This document shows positions 19,763 to 30,259 of a DNA stretch of 64,000 nucleotides, in pieces. Every line of letters begins with the position of its first letter. The stretch's first letter is position 1. A program made the position numbers and the translations under genes. This DNA comes from Methanothrix sp. (lineage in GTDB: Archaea; Halobacteriota; Methanosarcinia; Methanotrichales; Methanotrichaceae). The notes below the pieces were generated by a model. It worked only from the letters and a program-made list of their open reading frames with translations, did not search any database and had not been told where the DNA came from. The stretch covers positions 1,600,001 through 1,664,000 of the forward strand of contig OY821645.1 of NCBI GenBank assembly GCA_963682135.1. The letters run 5' to 3'.

Positions 19763-21244
19763 TTGATTACCATTTCCAGATGGCACATGCTGCATTTGGC
19801 CTTCTTGCTGCTCCTATTGCTTGGCGAGGCCTCGTCGGAAGAGAGCGGACTTGATGGCGCATCGTCTGCCTCACCGGCCATTGCGGCCCAGGATATTATG
19901 GCTCAAATAAGATCCGGCGAGCCTTTGGACTATAGCAACGTTACCATCACCGGTGAGCTGGACCTGGGGCCTGGAGAGGAGCCGATCAAGCAATCGATAC
20001 GAATCACCAACTCTCGTTTCCAGGGACCGGTCAAAATCGAAGGCGTGACCTTCGCTGAATTCCTGGATCTGCGGGGATGCATCTTCCAAGACGATGTCAG
20101 CTTCATCAAATCAAGGTTTCTGGGAGATGCCAAATTTGCCGGCGCAAAATTCGGCAAGCAGGCCGACTTTGCAGAGACTTATTTTCAAGGAGCGGCTTCC
20201 TTCATCAGCACGTCTTTCCAGAATGACAGCAGCTTTAGTAGCACCCAGTTCGATGGGGATGCCGTATTCCTGGACTGCGATTTTGCCAGTGATGTCGACT
20301 TTAATTATGCGAAGTTCATGCGTTCCGGATCTTTCTTGAATGCAAACTTCGATGATGTAAGCTTCTTTGAGACTCAGTTCGTCGGGCAGGTCACATTTAG
20401 ATCAGTCCAGTTTAGGGGCAATGCCACATTTGCTGCCACTCGTTTCGAGAGCGATGTGCTCTTTCGCACTGCTCGTTTCGGGAAGGGAAGCACTTTTGGC
20501 CTGTCCAGCTTTGGGGGATTGGCGGACTATGGTAATGCTGACTTTAATAAGACTGCCTTCTTTGGAGGTGTGAAATTTGCAGACCTGGCCTATTTCGCCA
20601 ATGCCCGGTTCAATGGGGATTTGATCTTGGAGGGGGCCAGGCTGTACAGCATGCAACTGGACAATGCCACCTTCAGTGAGAGTTCAAAGATTAACCTGAA
20701 CAGCACAGACTTTTCCAAGTTCGTGGTCCACTGGAGCATACTACAAAACCGTATGGTGTACAATGGGGCCGCCTACCTGGCACTGGTAAAGAACTACAAG
20801 AGCCTGGAGTGGTTTGATGAAGCTGATGAATGTTACTATCAATACCGCAGAATCGGTCAGGACCAGGCAGCGTGGGGCTGGGACAAACTCTCTGATATAA
20901 TCTCCTGGCTCTCTTGCGGATATGGTGTTCGGGTGAGCTACACCGCCTTTTGGTGTCTTTTTACCATCCTCATCTTTGGATTGATATTTTGGGCAGGAAA
21001 GGGCATGAACAAATTCGAGCTCGAAGGCATGGAGCTTCCCGGAGACCCGCGGCTGCGGCCCAGCAAGCGCGTCTCTTTCACCGATGCCCTCTATTTCAGT
21101 ATTGCCATGTTCACCACCTCCCAGGCGCCAGTCAATACCTATCCCGTGGGTGTTTACAAGCATCTGGCCATGGCGGAAGGTATCTTGGGCTGGTTTTTCC
21201 TGGGACTCTTCGTGGTGGTCCTGAGCGCGGTGCTCATTCGCTAG
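19763..21244 (+). CDS. Pentapeptide-repeat membrane protein, tandem paralogue
   Basis: Same architecture: AYLALVxNY, DxCYYQYR, WLSCGYGVR, LYFSIAMFTTSQ, EGILGW. Confidence 0.85.
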   Translation: MITISRWHMLHLAFLLLLLLGEASSEESGLDGASSASPAIAAQDIMAQIRSGEPLDYSNVTITGELDLGPGEEPIKQSIRITNSRFQGPVKIEGVTFAEFLDLRGCIFQDDVSFIKSRFLGDAKFAGAKFGKQADFAETYFQGAASFISTSFQNDSSFSSTQFDGDAVFLDCDFASDVDFNYAKFMRSGSFLNANFDDVSFFETQFVGQVTFRSVQFRGNATFAATRFESDVLFRTARFGKGSTFGLSSFGGLADYGNADFNKTAFFGGVKFADLAYFANARFNGDLILEGARLYSMQLDNATFSESSKINLNSTDFSKFVVHWSILQNRMVYNGAAYLALVKNYKSLEWFDEADECYYQYRRIGQDQAAWGWDKLSDIISWLSCGYGVRVSYTAFWCLFTILIFGLIFWAGKGMNKFELEGMELPGDPRLRPSKRVSFTDALYFSIAMFTTSQAPVNTYPVGVYKHLAMAEGILGWFFLGLFVVVLSAVLIR

Positions 21245-21297
21245 GGGCCGATCCGGAAAGGTTGATATACGTGTTGGTTATACGAGAAAGCCGGAAA

Positions 21298-21372
21298 GGG
21301 CGCGTGGCCTAGTCTGGACAAGGCGGCAGCCTCCTAAGCTGTAGATCGGGGGTTCGAATCCCCCCGCGCCCG
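21298..21372 (+). tRNA. tRNA-Arg(CCT)
   Basis: Acceptor GGGCGCG/CGCGCCC, GCAGC-CT-CCT-AA-GCTGT, GTTCGAATC. Confidence 0.95.
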
Positions 21373-21440
21373 CTTGGCTCTTTTAAGCTTCTTACTCTCT
21401 GTCGCAGCCTGCTTTGGAAAAAAAGCAAGTGGTCTGTGGT

Positions 21441-22340
21441 TCAGGGCACAATCTTGGAGATGGCCAGCTCCAGTATATCTTCTGCGCCTGACTTTTTCAG
21501 TTGGGGTATGAGCAGGTTGACGGTAGATCTGTCCACCACCGTCTCCACGGCGTAGTAGCCTGAGTTGTAGAGCTTGGAGATGGTGGGATTTTTCATGCTG
21601 GGCAGCATGGTTATCAGATTGGCGATCGATTCCTCAGGCACATTCATCTTGAGCAGGACTTTTCCCCGGGCCATTATGACTGCTGAGAGGAGGGTTTGCA
21701 CGGCAACGATCTCCTCATGCTTTTCCGGGTCAGCCCAGCTCTTTTTATTGGCAATCAGCTCCGAGGTTGACTTCAGCATGACATCAATTATCTTCAGGCC
21801 GTTCTTCTTAAGGGTGGAACCGGTCTCGGTGAGATCGACTACCACATCAGTCAGTTCCGGAACCTTGGCTTCGGTGGCTCCAAAGGAGAACTGGATGTCC
21901 ACCGGTATTCCCATATTCAGAAAGAATGCCTGGGTGAGGTTTGGATACTCGGTGGATACGCGGCTGCCCGGTTTGATCTCGCGAGCGGAGTTTATATTTA
22001 GACCCTCGGGCACGGCGACCACCAGCTTTACGATGCCCGGCCCTTGTTTACCGTAGTTGAGTTCAGCTACACGGGCGACGATCGCTCCAGACTCCATTAT
22101 CCAGTCCGTTCCGGATATGCCCAGGTCGAAGTAGCCTTTGGCTACATATCCTGGTATCTCCTGGGGGCGGAGGATCTTCACCTTGCCGATGCGAGGATCT
22201 TGGATGCGGGCGTTGTACTCCCGTTCTGTTCTCTTAACCTCCAGCCCGGCTTGCTCGAAGAGCTGCAGTGTCTGATTTTGCAGGCTGCCCTTGGGAATGG
22301 CGATGTCTATCATTCTAATGTCCTGCTTTTTTTGGAACAT
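21441..22340 (-). CDS. hisG: ATP phosphoribosyltransferase (long form)
   Basis: IAIPKGSL, RPQEIP, GATE, DLTETGSTL, C-terminal ACT-like domain; start 22340 or 22313. Confidence 0.93.
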   Translation of the reverse strand: MFQKKQDIRMIDIAIPKGSLQNQTLQLFEQAGLEVKRTEREYNARIQDPRIGKVKILRPQEIPGYVAKGYFDLGISGTDWIMESGAIVARVAELNYGKQGPGIVKLVVAVPEGLNINSAREIKPGSRVSTEYPNLTQAFFLNMGIPVDIQFSFGATEAKVPELTDVVVDLTETGSTLKKNGLKIIDVMLKSTSELIANKKSWADPEKHEEIVAVQTLLSAVIMARGKVLLKMNVPEESIANLITMLPSMKNPTISKLYNSGYYAVETVVDRSTVNLLIPQLKKSGAEDILELAISKIVP

Positions 22341-22447
22341 ATTTTTGCCTTTTGCTCGATCCTTGTCTGACGTTTTCAGGCTTTTGCGGCTCACAATATT
22401 TATAAATAACAACAGTAATAAACAGTTAGGAGAAGGGGGATAGGCAA

Positions 22448-23389
22448 TTGGCATCTCTGATTATCTCTGATACTCATTTCGGCCTGGATTCATCGACTCT
22501 GAAAAGCCCGGCAAAAGTAGACCAGCTCTTGCAAGAGATATGGGAATTTGAAGGCGGATGCGACGAGGTCGTGCTCCTGGGCGATATCCTCGATTTCTGG
22601 AGGGTGCGCCCGGAGATTGCTGTGAAGGACGCCATCCCTTTTCTAAAAAGGCTCTCCTTGGAAGATCTGAAGATGCGTTATGTCGTGGGAAATCACGATC
22701 ATCACCTGGTGGTACAAAAACAGGAGGCAGAATTCATGGAGAGGGCGGCACGTGGAGACCTATTTCCGGTTTATGTTCCAACAATTCGCTGGCGTCGGAC
22801 TTTTTGCGGCATTGATATCGAGATGCTCTATCCTACCTACCGGGCGCGCTGTTGCCAGAGGTCCATCCTCTTCACGCACGGCCATCATCTGGACGGCATT
22901 CAAAATTATACTTTGCAGCTGGTGGAGAAGCTGCGCAGACTGTCCGGAGAGGAGTCTCTTCCCGCAGACCAGGAGATGATGATGACTTACGCTTACGAGG
23001 GGATATATCGCTCCGCCTGCATCGGAGAGATGGTCTCTTTCGAGAATTCTATATGGAAAGCATCCGGCCTGCTGCAGAGGATCAACGCGGGTGTTTTTTC
23101 CAACCAGCGCAAAGCCAGCGTAGAAGGTCAATATGAGGCGATATTGAATTTCATTCGCGAGAGGAGCCTTGGCAAAGTCGATTGTTTCATTTATGGTGAT
23201 ACACACCGTCCGGGCATATTTCAAAGAAGGGGGGGACCGCTGGCCGTGAACGCGGGCAGTTTCACGCGCGAGAAGGGAAACGGCTCATGTCTTGAGACGC
23301 CTGATACCTATATGTTTATGGGTGAGAAGGGCCTTGCCATACGGCAGTTGGGCCGGAAAAGGCCTCTCTTTTTGTGCGAGCTTCTTTAG
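22448..23389 (+). CDS. Metallophosphoesterase (calcineurin-like)
   Basis: SDTHFG, LGDILD, GNHD, THGH, GDTH, NAGS. Confidence 0.85.
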   Translation: MASLIISDTHFGLDSSTLKSPAKVDQLLQEIWEFEGGCDEVVLLGDILDFWRVRPEIAVKDAIPFLKRLSLEDLKMRYVVGNHDHHLVVQKQEAEFMERAARGDLFPVYVPTIRWRRTFCGIDIEMLYPTYRARCCQRSILFTHGHHLDGIQNYTLQLVEKLRRLSGEESLPADQEMMMTYAYEGIYRSACIGEMVSFENSIWKASGLLQRINAGVFSNQRKASVEGQYEAILNFIRERSLGKVDCFIYGDTHRPGIFQRRGGPLAVNAGSFTREKGNGSCLETPDTYMFMGEKGLAIRQLGRKRPLFLCELL

Positions 23390-23431
23390 AATGCCAAACC
23401 TATTTCATCCAGTATCATCAATACCAATATC

Positions 23432-23740
23432 ATGTTCGAACCAAAAGAAGAATCCCTGGTCCTGGAGATCGTTCGCGGCTTCTTTGACATGCCATCTGAA
23501 GAGATGATGAAGATCGGCGATCAATTTAAAATGCTGCTCTTCGATCCCGAGGCCGGCAGCGAGCAGGAAGCAGTGGCCAAGCTCAAGGAGGCGCTGGCTG
23601 ACATGTCCAAAGAGCAGGTCTTGATGGCCGGCATGTTCGTCTCAGGATTGCTGCGCTGCAACCTTGCTCAGCAGGTCGAGCAGCAGTATCAACAAGCTAT
23701 GGCCGAAGGAAATATCGACTCCAATTGTGATTGTGTTTGA
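23432..23740 (+). CDS. Hypothetical protein
   Basis: 102-aa acidic helical ORF whose stop overlaps the elp3 ATG. Confidence 0.65.
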   Translation: MFEPKEESLVLEIVRGFFDMPSEEMMKIGDQFKMLLFDPEAGSEQEAVAKLKEALADMSKEQVLMAGMFVSGLLRCNLAQQVEQQYQQAMAEGNIDSNCDCV

Positions 23741-25368
23741 TGAAAGAGGCGCTTTTTGCATGCCGGGGTGACGGGGCCCTGGCAGTTGAGCTGCGACGCA
23801 TAGTCGATGCCATACTGGCGGGCGTTATCAAGACGCAGGCTGATCTGGAGTCTCACAAGAGGGACGCATCAGCGCGCCTGGCCCTCGCGTCCCTGCCTAG
23901 CAACGCCGATATACTCTGCCTGGCAACAGCCGAGGAGCGCGAGCGTCTCAAGATGCTGGTGCGTAAGCCCACCAGAACTCTCTCCGGCGTGGCGGTCATC
24001 GCCGCCATGACCTCTCCCGCTCGCTGCCCGCACGGCACCTGTGTCCCCTGTCCGGGCGGCATTCTTTGCTCTTCGGCGCAAAGCTACACCGGTCGCGAGC
24101 CCGCGGCACTTCGGGCCGCGCAGCACGACTACGATCCTTATCGACAGGTAACCGCCCGGCTGGCTCAACTGGATGAAATTGGCCATCCACTGGACAAGTC
24201 AGAGCTGATCATCATGGGCGGAACAATCACAGCCCGTCCTTTAGGTTATCAGCATTGGTTTGTCAAGCGCTGTCTTCAGGCTATGAATGATTATCCTGCC
24301 GCAAGAGCGCCCGATGGCGAGCGCCCGTACCGCTACCAGTCATTTGCCGATGCGGCAGCAGCCAATGAGACTGCATCGGTTAGAAACATCGGCACCACAT
24401 TCGAGACCAGGCCAGACTATTGCGGTCCCAAAGAGACAATGAACATGCTCCTTCTGGGAGCCACCAAGGTGGAGCTGGGGGTGCAGAGCACCCGGGATGA
24501 TCTCCTGGAGAATATGAAGCGTGGCCATACGGTGGAAGACACAGTCTCTGCTAATCGCACTTTGCGAGAGGTGGGCCTGAAGGTGGGCTTTCATATGATG
24601 CCGGGACTGCCCGGCTCCTCTCCAGAGGTTGATCTGGAGGTCTTCCGGGAGCTTTTCTCTGATAGCCGTTTTCGTCCGGACTACCTCAAGATATATCCCA
24701 CTTTGGTGGTGGAAGGAACCGAGCTATACCGGCAATACCTGAAGGGCGAGTACGCCCCACTGGGCGACGCTGCTGCGGCTGAGCTGGTCTCTCGCATAAA
24801 AGAGATTCTGCCGGCCTACGTTCGCTTGCAGCGTGTGCAGCGAGACATTCCTGCCCAGCTCATCGTGGCGGGCGTCAAAAAATCCAATTTGCGTCAGCTT
24901 GCCCAGCAGTTGCTGGCCGCCCGCGGCGCTCGTTGCCACTGTATTCGTTGTAGGGAAGCGGGTTTGCGCCGATTCTCTGCAGGAGAGGTGGCGCTCAAAC
25001 ATGAGGTTTATGAGGCATGCGGCAGAGAAGAGCATTTTCTGTCAATCGAGGGGGAGGACGAGACAATCATCGGCTTCCTGCGGCTGCGGCTATCCGACCG
25101 GGCTCGGGTTAGGGAGCTGCATGTCTACGGTCCCATGCTTCCCATCGGCAGCCGGGCAGAGGGGTGGCAGCACCGTGGCTTTGGAGCAGAACTGGTGAGG
25201 GCAGCTGAAGCCCTGGCAGAAGAGGCGGGCTACAAAACGCTGGAAATCACCAGCGGAATTGGTGCCAGAGGCTACTATCGGCGGCTGGGATATGAGCTAT
25301 GCGGGCCTTACATGGAGAAGAAAATGACTGGAAGGTTAAGCAGAGCCGTTGGCAATCCTCGGCAATAG
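23740..25368 (+). CDS. elp3: tRNA uridine(34) carboxymethyl-modifying radical SAM/GNAT enzyme Elp3
   Basis: RKPTRTLSGVA, CPHGTCVPCPGG, ETRPD, KIYPT, RELHVYG, QHRGFG. Confidence 0.95.
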   Translation: MKEALFACRGDGALAVELRRIVDAILAGVIKTQADLESHKRDASARLALASLPSNADILCLATAEERERLKMLVRKPTRTLSGVAVIAAMTSPARCPHGTCVPCPGGILCSSAQSYTGREPAALRAAQHDYDPYRQVTARLAQLDEIGHPLDKSELIIMGGTITARPLGYQHWFVKRCLQAMNDYPAARAPDGERPYRYQSFADAAAANETASVRNIGTTFETRPDYCGPKETMNMLLLGATKVELGVQSTRDDLLENMKRGHTVEDTVSANRTLREVGLKVGFHMMPGLPGSSPEVDLEVFRELFSDSRFRPDYLKIYPTLVVEGTELYRQYLKGEYAPLGDAAAAELVSRIKEILPAYVRLQRVQRDIPAQLIVAGVKKSNLRQLAQQLLAARGARCHCIRCREAGLRRFSAGEVALKHEVYEACGREEHFLSIEGEDETIIGFLRLRLSDRARVRELHVYGPMLPIGSRAEGWQHRGFGAELVRAAEALAEEAGYKTLEITSGIGARGYYRRLGYELCGPYMEKKMTGRLSRAVGNPRQ

Positions 25369-25416
25369 CAACGGAAGAAGGATTTAGCAGCGAACGACTG
25401 GTCGCAGGGAACGCTT

Positions 25417-26922
25417 CTACAACTCTTGATCGTGAGTAGATGCGTTTGAGCCCTTTTTCCTTTCCAGTAGTGACATGAGCCTTTCCAGAGATTGCCCGCT
25501 GGCCTCTACAATTAGACTGTCTCCAGCCTGCAATATGGTGCTTCCGCTGGGACGCATTGGATGGCCGTCTCTTCTGATGACCGCGATCCAGGTGTCGTCA
25601 GGAATGTTGAGATCGGCGATCTGGCTTCCCACAGCAGCGCTTTTCGCAGACACCTCAAGCTTCACGAGAGAGTCCCATACATCTTTTTCCTGCATATTCT
25701 CTGGGAGAGATTTCGTCGGGGATTCAACCGGCATCTCCATACCAAGACGTCGAGCCACGAAGGTTATCGTAGACCCCTGTACCAGGACTGAGGTCAGGAC
25801 GACGAAGAATACGACATTGAATATCATATTGGCCTTGTCGAGACCGAATGTGAGCGGAAATGTCGCGAGGATGATAGGCACTGAGCCCCGCAGGCCCACC
25901 CAGGAGATCATAATCCTTTCCGCCAGGGACATGTCTCTGAAGGGCAAAAGGCATAGAAGAACGCTAATCGGTCTGGCCATGAACATCAGGACAAAGCAGA
26001 TGAAAAGGCCGATGCTTGCTACCGGGATCAACTGCGAGGGAAATACCAGCAGCCCCAGAGTCAGGAACATTGCGATTTGCATCAGCCAAGCCAGGCTGTC
26101 GTGGTAATGGATCAGGCTGCGTTTGTGGATGAATGAGAAGTTTGCAAGGCTCAGACCGGCCAGATACACCGCGAGAAAACCGCTTCCTCCGAGAATCGAT
26201 GTTATGCCGTAGGTTACGATTACCAGAGACATGGTTAAAATAGGATAGAGTCCCTGATAATCCAGACGGATTCGGTTAATGAAGTATGCCATGCCCTTGC
26301 CAGATATGATCCCAAACACAGCACCCAGGGCCATCTGCTGGGCAAACATGGGTATCAGAGTTATCGGGGAGGTAGCCGGGCTCAGGATAATGCTGATCAG
26401 GCCGGTCGTGAGGAATATGGCCATGGGATCATTGCTGCCCGATTCCAGCTCCAATAGCGGCCTCAGATCGCCTTTCAAGCTGATATGTCTCGATCTGAGA
26501 ATCGAGAATACTGCAGCCGCATCTGTAGAGGAGATGATGGCGGCCAGCAGTAGCGCCTCAAGAACAGAAAAGTTCAATGAATAATAGGCAGCACATCCGA
26601 CGATGATGGCAGTAAAGATGACGCCCAGGGTGGAGAGGATCACGCCTTTCCACAATATGGGTTTTGCCTCCTTCCACTTGGTATCCAGGCCGCCAGAAAA
26701 TAGGATAAAGATAAGAGCTACAGTTCCCAGCGATTGTGCCAGCCATGGGTTGTCGAAATAAATGCCCCCCGGCCCATCCGATCCGGCAAGCATGCCTATC
26801 ACCAGAAAAAGCACCAGAGTGGGCACCCCCAACTGGGTAGACGCCTTGCTTGAGATTACACTAAGGAGCAGAAGCAGTGCTACACCAAGGAGAAGGTAGT
26901 CAAATACGGCCATAGCAACCAT
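25417..26922 (-). CDS. K+/H+ antiporter (NhaP2/CvrA type) with C-terminal TrkA-C domain
   Basis: GSDGPGGI, SSTDAAAVF, LELESGSNDP, GLRG. Confidence 0.9.
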   Translation of the reverse strand: MVAMAVFDYLLLGVALLLLLSVISSKASTQLGVPTLVLFLVIGMLAGSDGPGGIYFDNPWLAQSLGTVALIFILFSGGLDTKWKEAKPILWKGVILSTLGVIFTAIIVGCAAYYSLNFSVLEALLLAAIISSTDAAAVFSILRSRHISLKGDLRPLLELESGSNDPMAIFLTTGLISIILSPATSPITLIPMFAQQMALGAVFGIISGKGMAYFINRIRLDYQGLYPILTMSLVIVTYGITSILGGSGFLAVYLAGLSLANFSFIHKRSLIHYHDSLAWLMQIAMFLTLGLLVFPSQLIPVASIGLFICFVLMFMARPISVLLCLLPFRDMSLAERIMISWVGLRGSVPIILATFPLTFGLDKANMIFNVVFFVVLTSVLVQGSTITFVARRLGMEMPVESPTKSLPENMQEKDVWDSLVKLEVSAKSAAVGSQIADLNIPDDTWIAVIRRDGHPMRPSGSTILQAGDSLIVEASGQSLERLMSLLERKKGSNASTHDQEL

Positions 26923-27094
26923 TTAACTGCTTATTGATGGCATATCTGTCTTTCGGAGATTGATATGATGACTGCTCCCGCCAATGAATTGGCCGGTATT
27001 AAGATATCTATCGTGCAAAAACTCTCCACCCTTACCCACCACAACCATTAAATACCGTGCACCAAAGAGGATTTGCGATCTGAGGAATTATAAT

Positions 27095-27478
27095 ATGCGT
27101 TGGCAAGGCAAATTTGGAAGGAAGCCCACTGGGGGAAAATTGATTCCCGCCAGGGGTAAGAGAAAGTCTGAGATAGGCAGAGAGCAGAGCGACACCACCA
27201 TTGCCGCGGTCCGGGTTAAGAAGATCGAGACCAAAGGCGGAGACATAAAGATGCGCATGCTGCGTGGCGATATGGCCACAATTGCCGATCCAGTGACAGG
27301 CAAGTCCAAGATAGTAAAGATTGAGACCGTAAAGGAAAACAAGGCCAATTTGCACTACATGAGAAGGAACATTCTCACCAAGGGTGCTGTCATCAAGACG
27401 GAAATGGGAGACGCCAGGATAACAAGCCGGCCCGGCCAGGATGGCGTTATTAATGCCATACTGCTGCCCGCCGCTTAA
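27095..27478 (+). CDS. rps8e: 30S ribosomal protein S8e
   Basis: WQGKFGRKPTGG, RRNILTKGAVI, TSRPGQDGVINA. Confidence 0.95.
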   Translation: MRWQGKFGRKPTGGKLIPARGKRKSEIGREQSDTTIAAVRVKKIETKGGDIKMRMLRGDMATIADPVTGKSKIVKIETVKENKANLHYMRRNILTKGAVIKTEMGDARITSRPGQDGVINAILLPAA

Positions 27479-27496
27479 AACCCCCTCCTCTTTTAG

Positions 27497-27706
27497 ATGT
27501 TCATCGTCTTCCGGTGTAGTTGTGGTCGCCACCTCTACGCCTCGAAGGACGCTAAGACCAGAACTTGCCCCTGTGGAAAGAGAACTCTTCTTAGCAAGGT
27601 GTTGGTTTTGGCCCAGGCAGAGGACGCTTATGCTGCCGGCGAGATCGTGAGAACGCTGCAGCTTGAGGGCCACGGCATGACCGGATTTAGGCAGGCTGGG
27701 ATCTAG
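27497..27706 (+). CDS. Small Zn-ribbon protein (DUF1922-like)
   Basis: FRCSCGRHLYA...CPCGK. Confidence 0.75.
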   Translation: MFIVFRCSCGRHLYASKDAKTRTCPCGKRTLLSKVLVLAQAEDAYAAGEIVRTLQLEGHGMTGFRQAGI

Positions 27707-27833
27707 CCAGATATTGTTTTTTTCTGCGGATTTAGCATTATGGCAAAAGAGGCCCGGGTCTCAGCGAGGGGCGTGCCGTCTTCGGACTTGAAGCGATAAG
27801 ATCTAATATTACGAGGAGATAGTGGAAGAGGCA

Positions 27834-27907
27834 GGGCCCGTGGTCTAGCTGGTTATGACATCGCCCTTACACGGCGGGGATCACGCGTTCGAATCGCGTC
27901 GGGCCCA
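27834..27907 (+). tRNA. tRNA-Val(TAC)
   Basis: Acceptor GGGCCCG/CGGGCCC, TCGCC-CT-TAC-AC-GGCGG, GTTCGAATC. Confidence 0.93.
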
Positions 27908-27973
27908 TTATCTGTTTTCTTTTGCTTTTCGTGTTCGAGGAAGGCGTTGGGGTTTGCCGGAGCGTGGCTAAAT

Positions 27974-29218
27974 TCAGAGCACGAATAGGGAGACGAGCCC
28001 CACTACTATCGTTGGCAGGAAGATCAAAGCCATCTTGTTGCCAAACTCTCTTGTCCCCAGCACATAAGCTATGCAGAGCTTGACGAGAGTATTGGTTATA
28101 GCGGCCAGGATGATGGTGGTAACGGCCACGGAGGGAACGACAGTCGACTTAGCCAGAGAGGCCATGGTGAGAGCAATGGCGTCGACATCAGCCAGACCGG
28201 AGACCACGCCAGTAGCATAAATTCCTGCATCGCCGAAGTAGACATTGGCCAACTTGGAGATGACGAGCACAAAGGCGAAGAAAGCCCCAAATTTCAGGGC
28301 CGGCACAATGCGAAATGGATCTTTCACCTTCACATCTCTTCCCAGCGGGGCGTTCTTTCTTACCAGCATAAAGGCCAGCGCTGCGCCCACTAGCGTCATG
28401 AGCAACAGGTAGGGCAGAAGGGCGAAGAAGAGATCTCTGTTTACTAACAGTACTATGAAGAGAATTCTCGGGAACATGGTGCAGCTCGCGATGGCCGTGG
28501 CGAAGACGGCGGAAGGCAAAATCTCGTGGTTCTCTCTAACTTCTGCGGCCATAGATGAGGTGACGGCAGTACTGGAAACCAGGCCGCCCAGGATTCCCGT
28601 AATGCCGAGCCCCCTCTCTGCACCCAGGATGCGAATCGCGATGTAGCCCGCATAGCCTATGAGGCTGACCAGCACCACGAAGAGCCAGATCTGGCGGAGG
28701 TTGAGCACACCCCAGGGGCCCAGAGGCGTCTGTGGCAAGAGCGGGTAGATGACCAGGGCGATTATGCCCATCTTGAGGGTATCGAGCAGATCCGTCTCGC
28801 TCAGCACTTCTACGTAGTGATGAGTAATGGTTCGCGTGGCCAGGACCCAGGTGGTGATAATTGCCAGGGCTACAGCCAGCAGAATGCTATCGGGAAAGCC
28901 GGAGAGCATTCCCAGGGCAAAGGTGACTACTGCCGCCACGGCTGCTGTAAAATCGACTCTGCCCAGAGTGCTGATGGATGACGCATATCCTACGGCCACA
29001 AGGACGGTGAAGGTGGCCATGGACGCAATGGCAAAGCCGGGGCCGAAATGGACGGCCAGGGTGGAACATAGCGATCCCAGCAGGGCAATCAAGACGAAGG
29101 TGCGCAGTCCCGCCACGCCCCGGACCTTATCCTCAACCAGACGGCGCTGGCGCTCTGTGCCGATGAGGGCGCCAATGAGCAGAGCGACGAGAAATGGGTA
29201 GATATCGGCAAAGTCCAT
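27974..29218 (-). CDS. MgtC/SapB family membrane protein (DUF4010)
   Basis: IGTERQ, AGLRTF, GGLVSSTAVT, SGLADVDA, NTLVK. Confidence 0.88.
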   Translation of the reverse strand: MDFADIYPFLVALLIGALIGTERQRRLVEDKVRGVAGLRTFVLIALLGSLCSTLAVHFGPGFAIASMATFTVLVAVGYASSISTLGRVDFTAAVAAVVTFALGMLSGFPDSILLAVALAIITTWVLATRTITHHYVEVLSETDLLDTLKMGIIALVIYPLLPQTPLGPWGVLNLRQIWLFVVLVSLIGYAGYIAIRILGAERGLGITGILGGLVSSTAVTSSMAAEVRENHEILPSAVFATAIASCTMFPRILFIVLLVNRDLFFALLPYLLLMTLVGAALAFMLVRKNAPLGRDVKVKDPFRIVPALKFGAFFAFVLVISKLANVYFGDAGIYATGVVSGLADVDAIALTMASLAKSTVVPSVAVTTIILAAITNTLVKLCIAYVLGTREFGNKMALIFLPTIVVGLVSLFVL

Positions 29219-29352
29219 TGTGCGTTTTTTGTTATTCACTGGTTAATAGCCTTTGCCAGGTCGATAGTGTGGCTAAAGTCATCCTTCGGTTCTTAACCAA
29301 AGTTGGACATCGGCCAAGCTTTTAAAGCGATGCGCATCATTCTCCAGTCAAT

Positions 29353-30015
29353 ATGGACCGGCAAAAAGTTGCGAGCTGCATTTCCCTTCTGGAGGAGCAA
29401 TACGGCATACCCCACGCGGATGAGAGGGACCCAGTGGATCTGCTGGTCATGACCATCCTCTCCCAGAACACCAGCGATACCAACAGCCTGCGGGCCTTTG
29501 CCCACCTGAAAAGCGCTTTTAGCGATTATGAGATGGTCCTCGTCGCCCCGGATGAAGCGCTGGCAGACAGTATTCGAGCCGGGGGCCTGGCAGAGATAAA
29601 GGCGCGGCGCATAAAGGAGGCGCTATTCAGGATTAAGCAGGATGCTGGTACCATCTCTCTCTTCTTCCTGGCAAATATGGAGCCGGACGGGGCCATGGCA
29701 TATCTGCTATCCTTGCCCGGCGTGGGGCCCAAGACAGCGTCCGTGGTTCTCCTCTTCGCCTTTTCCATGCCTTTCCTGCCGGTGGACACGCATGTTTATC
29801 GCGTCTCGCGCCGGTTGGGGCTGCTATGTGAGGATGTCAGGCTGGAGAAGGCGCAGCCTATTTTGGAGCAGATAGTTCCGGTGAAGAAGTATCTTTCTCT
29901 GCATCTGAACTTGATCGCGCACGGCAGGCTCATTTGCCGGGCGCGAGGTCCCAGGCATGAAGAGTGCGTCTTGCGAAATTGTTGTGATTATTATTTGCAG
30001 GGCCAAAAGCCTTAA
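29353..30015 (+). CDS. nth: Endonuclease III / HhH-GPD glycosylase
   Basis: ILSQNT, LPGVGPKTA, VDTHV; FCL motif partly degenerate (CRARGPRHEECVLRNCC). Confidence 0.85.
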   Translation: MDRQKVASCISLLEEQYGIPHADERDPVDLLVMTILSQNTSDTNSLRAFAHLKSAFSDYEMVLVAPDEALADSIRAGGLAEIKARRIKEALFRIKQDAGTISLFFLANMEPDGAMAYLLSLPGVGPKTASVVLLFAFSMPFLPVDTHVYRVSRRLGLLCEDVRLEKAQPILEQIVPVKKYLSLHLNLIAHGRLICRARGPRHEECVLRNCCDYYLQGQKP

Positions 30016-30043
30016 ATGATAGTAAAAACCACCCCCAATCCGC

Positions 30044-30118
30044 GCTCCTGTAGTGTAGCTCGGCCAATCATGAAGGACTCTCACTCCTTCGACTCGGGTT
30101 CAAATCCCGACGGGAGCA
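30044..30118 (+). tRNA. tRNA-Glu(CTC)
   Basis: Acceptor GCTCCTG/CGGGAGC, AAGGA-CT-CTC-AC-TCCTT, GTTCAAATC. Confidence 0.95.
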
Positions 30119-30259
30119 TCTGTTTAACAAAGAAATACAAGGATTTTATTTGGGCAATGGAAATTATATTCGGGTCCTTTACTTATAAGCGGGATGACTC
30201 AGAGCAAATATGATTTTAGCACATCAGAATCGCCCTTTTCATAAGAAACGTGAATGAAA

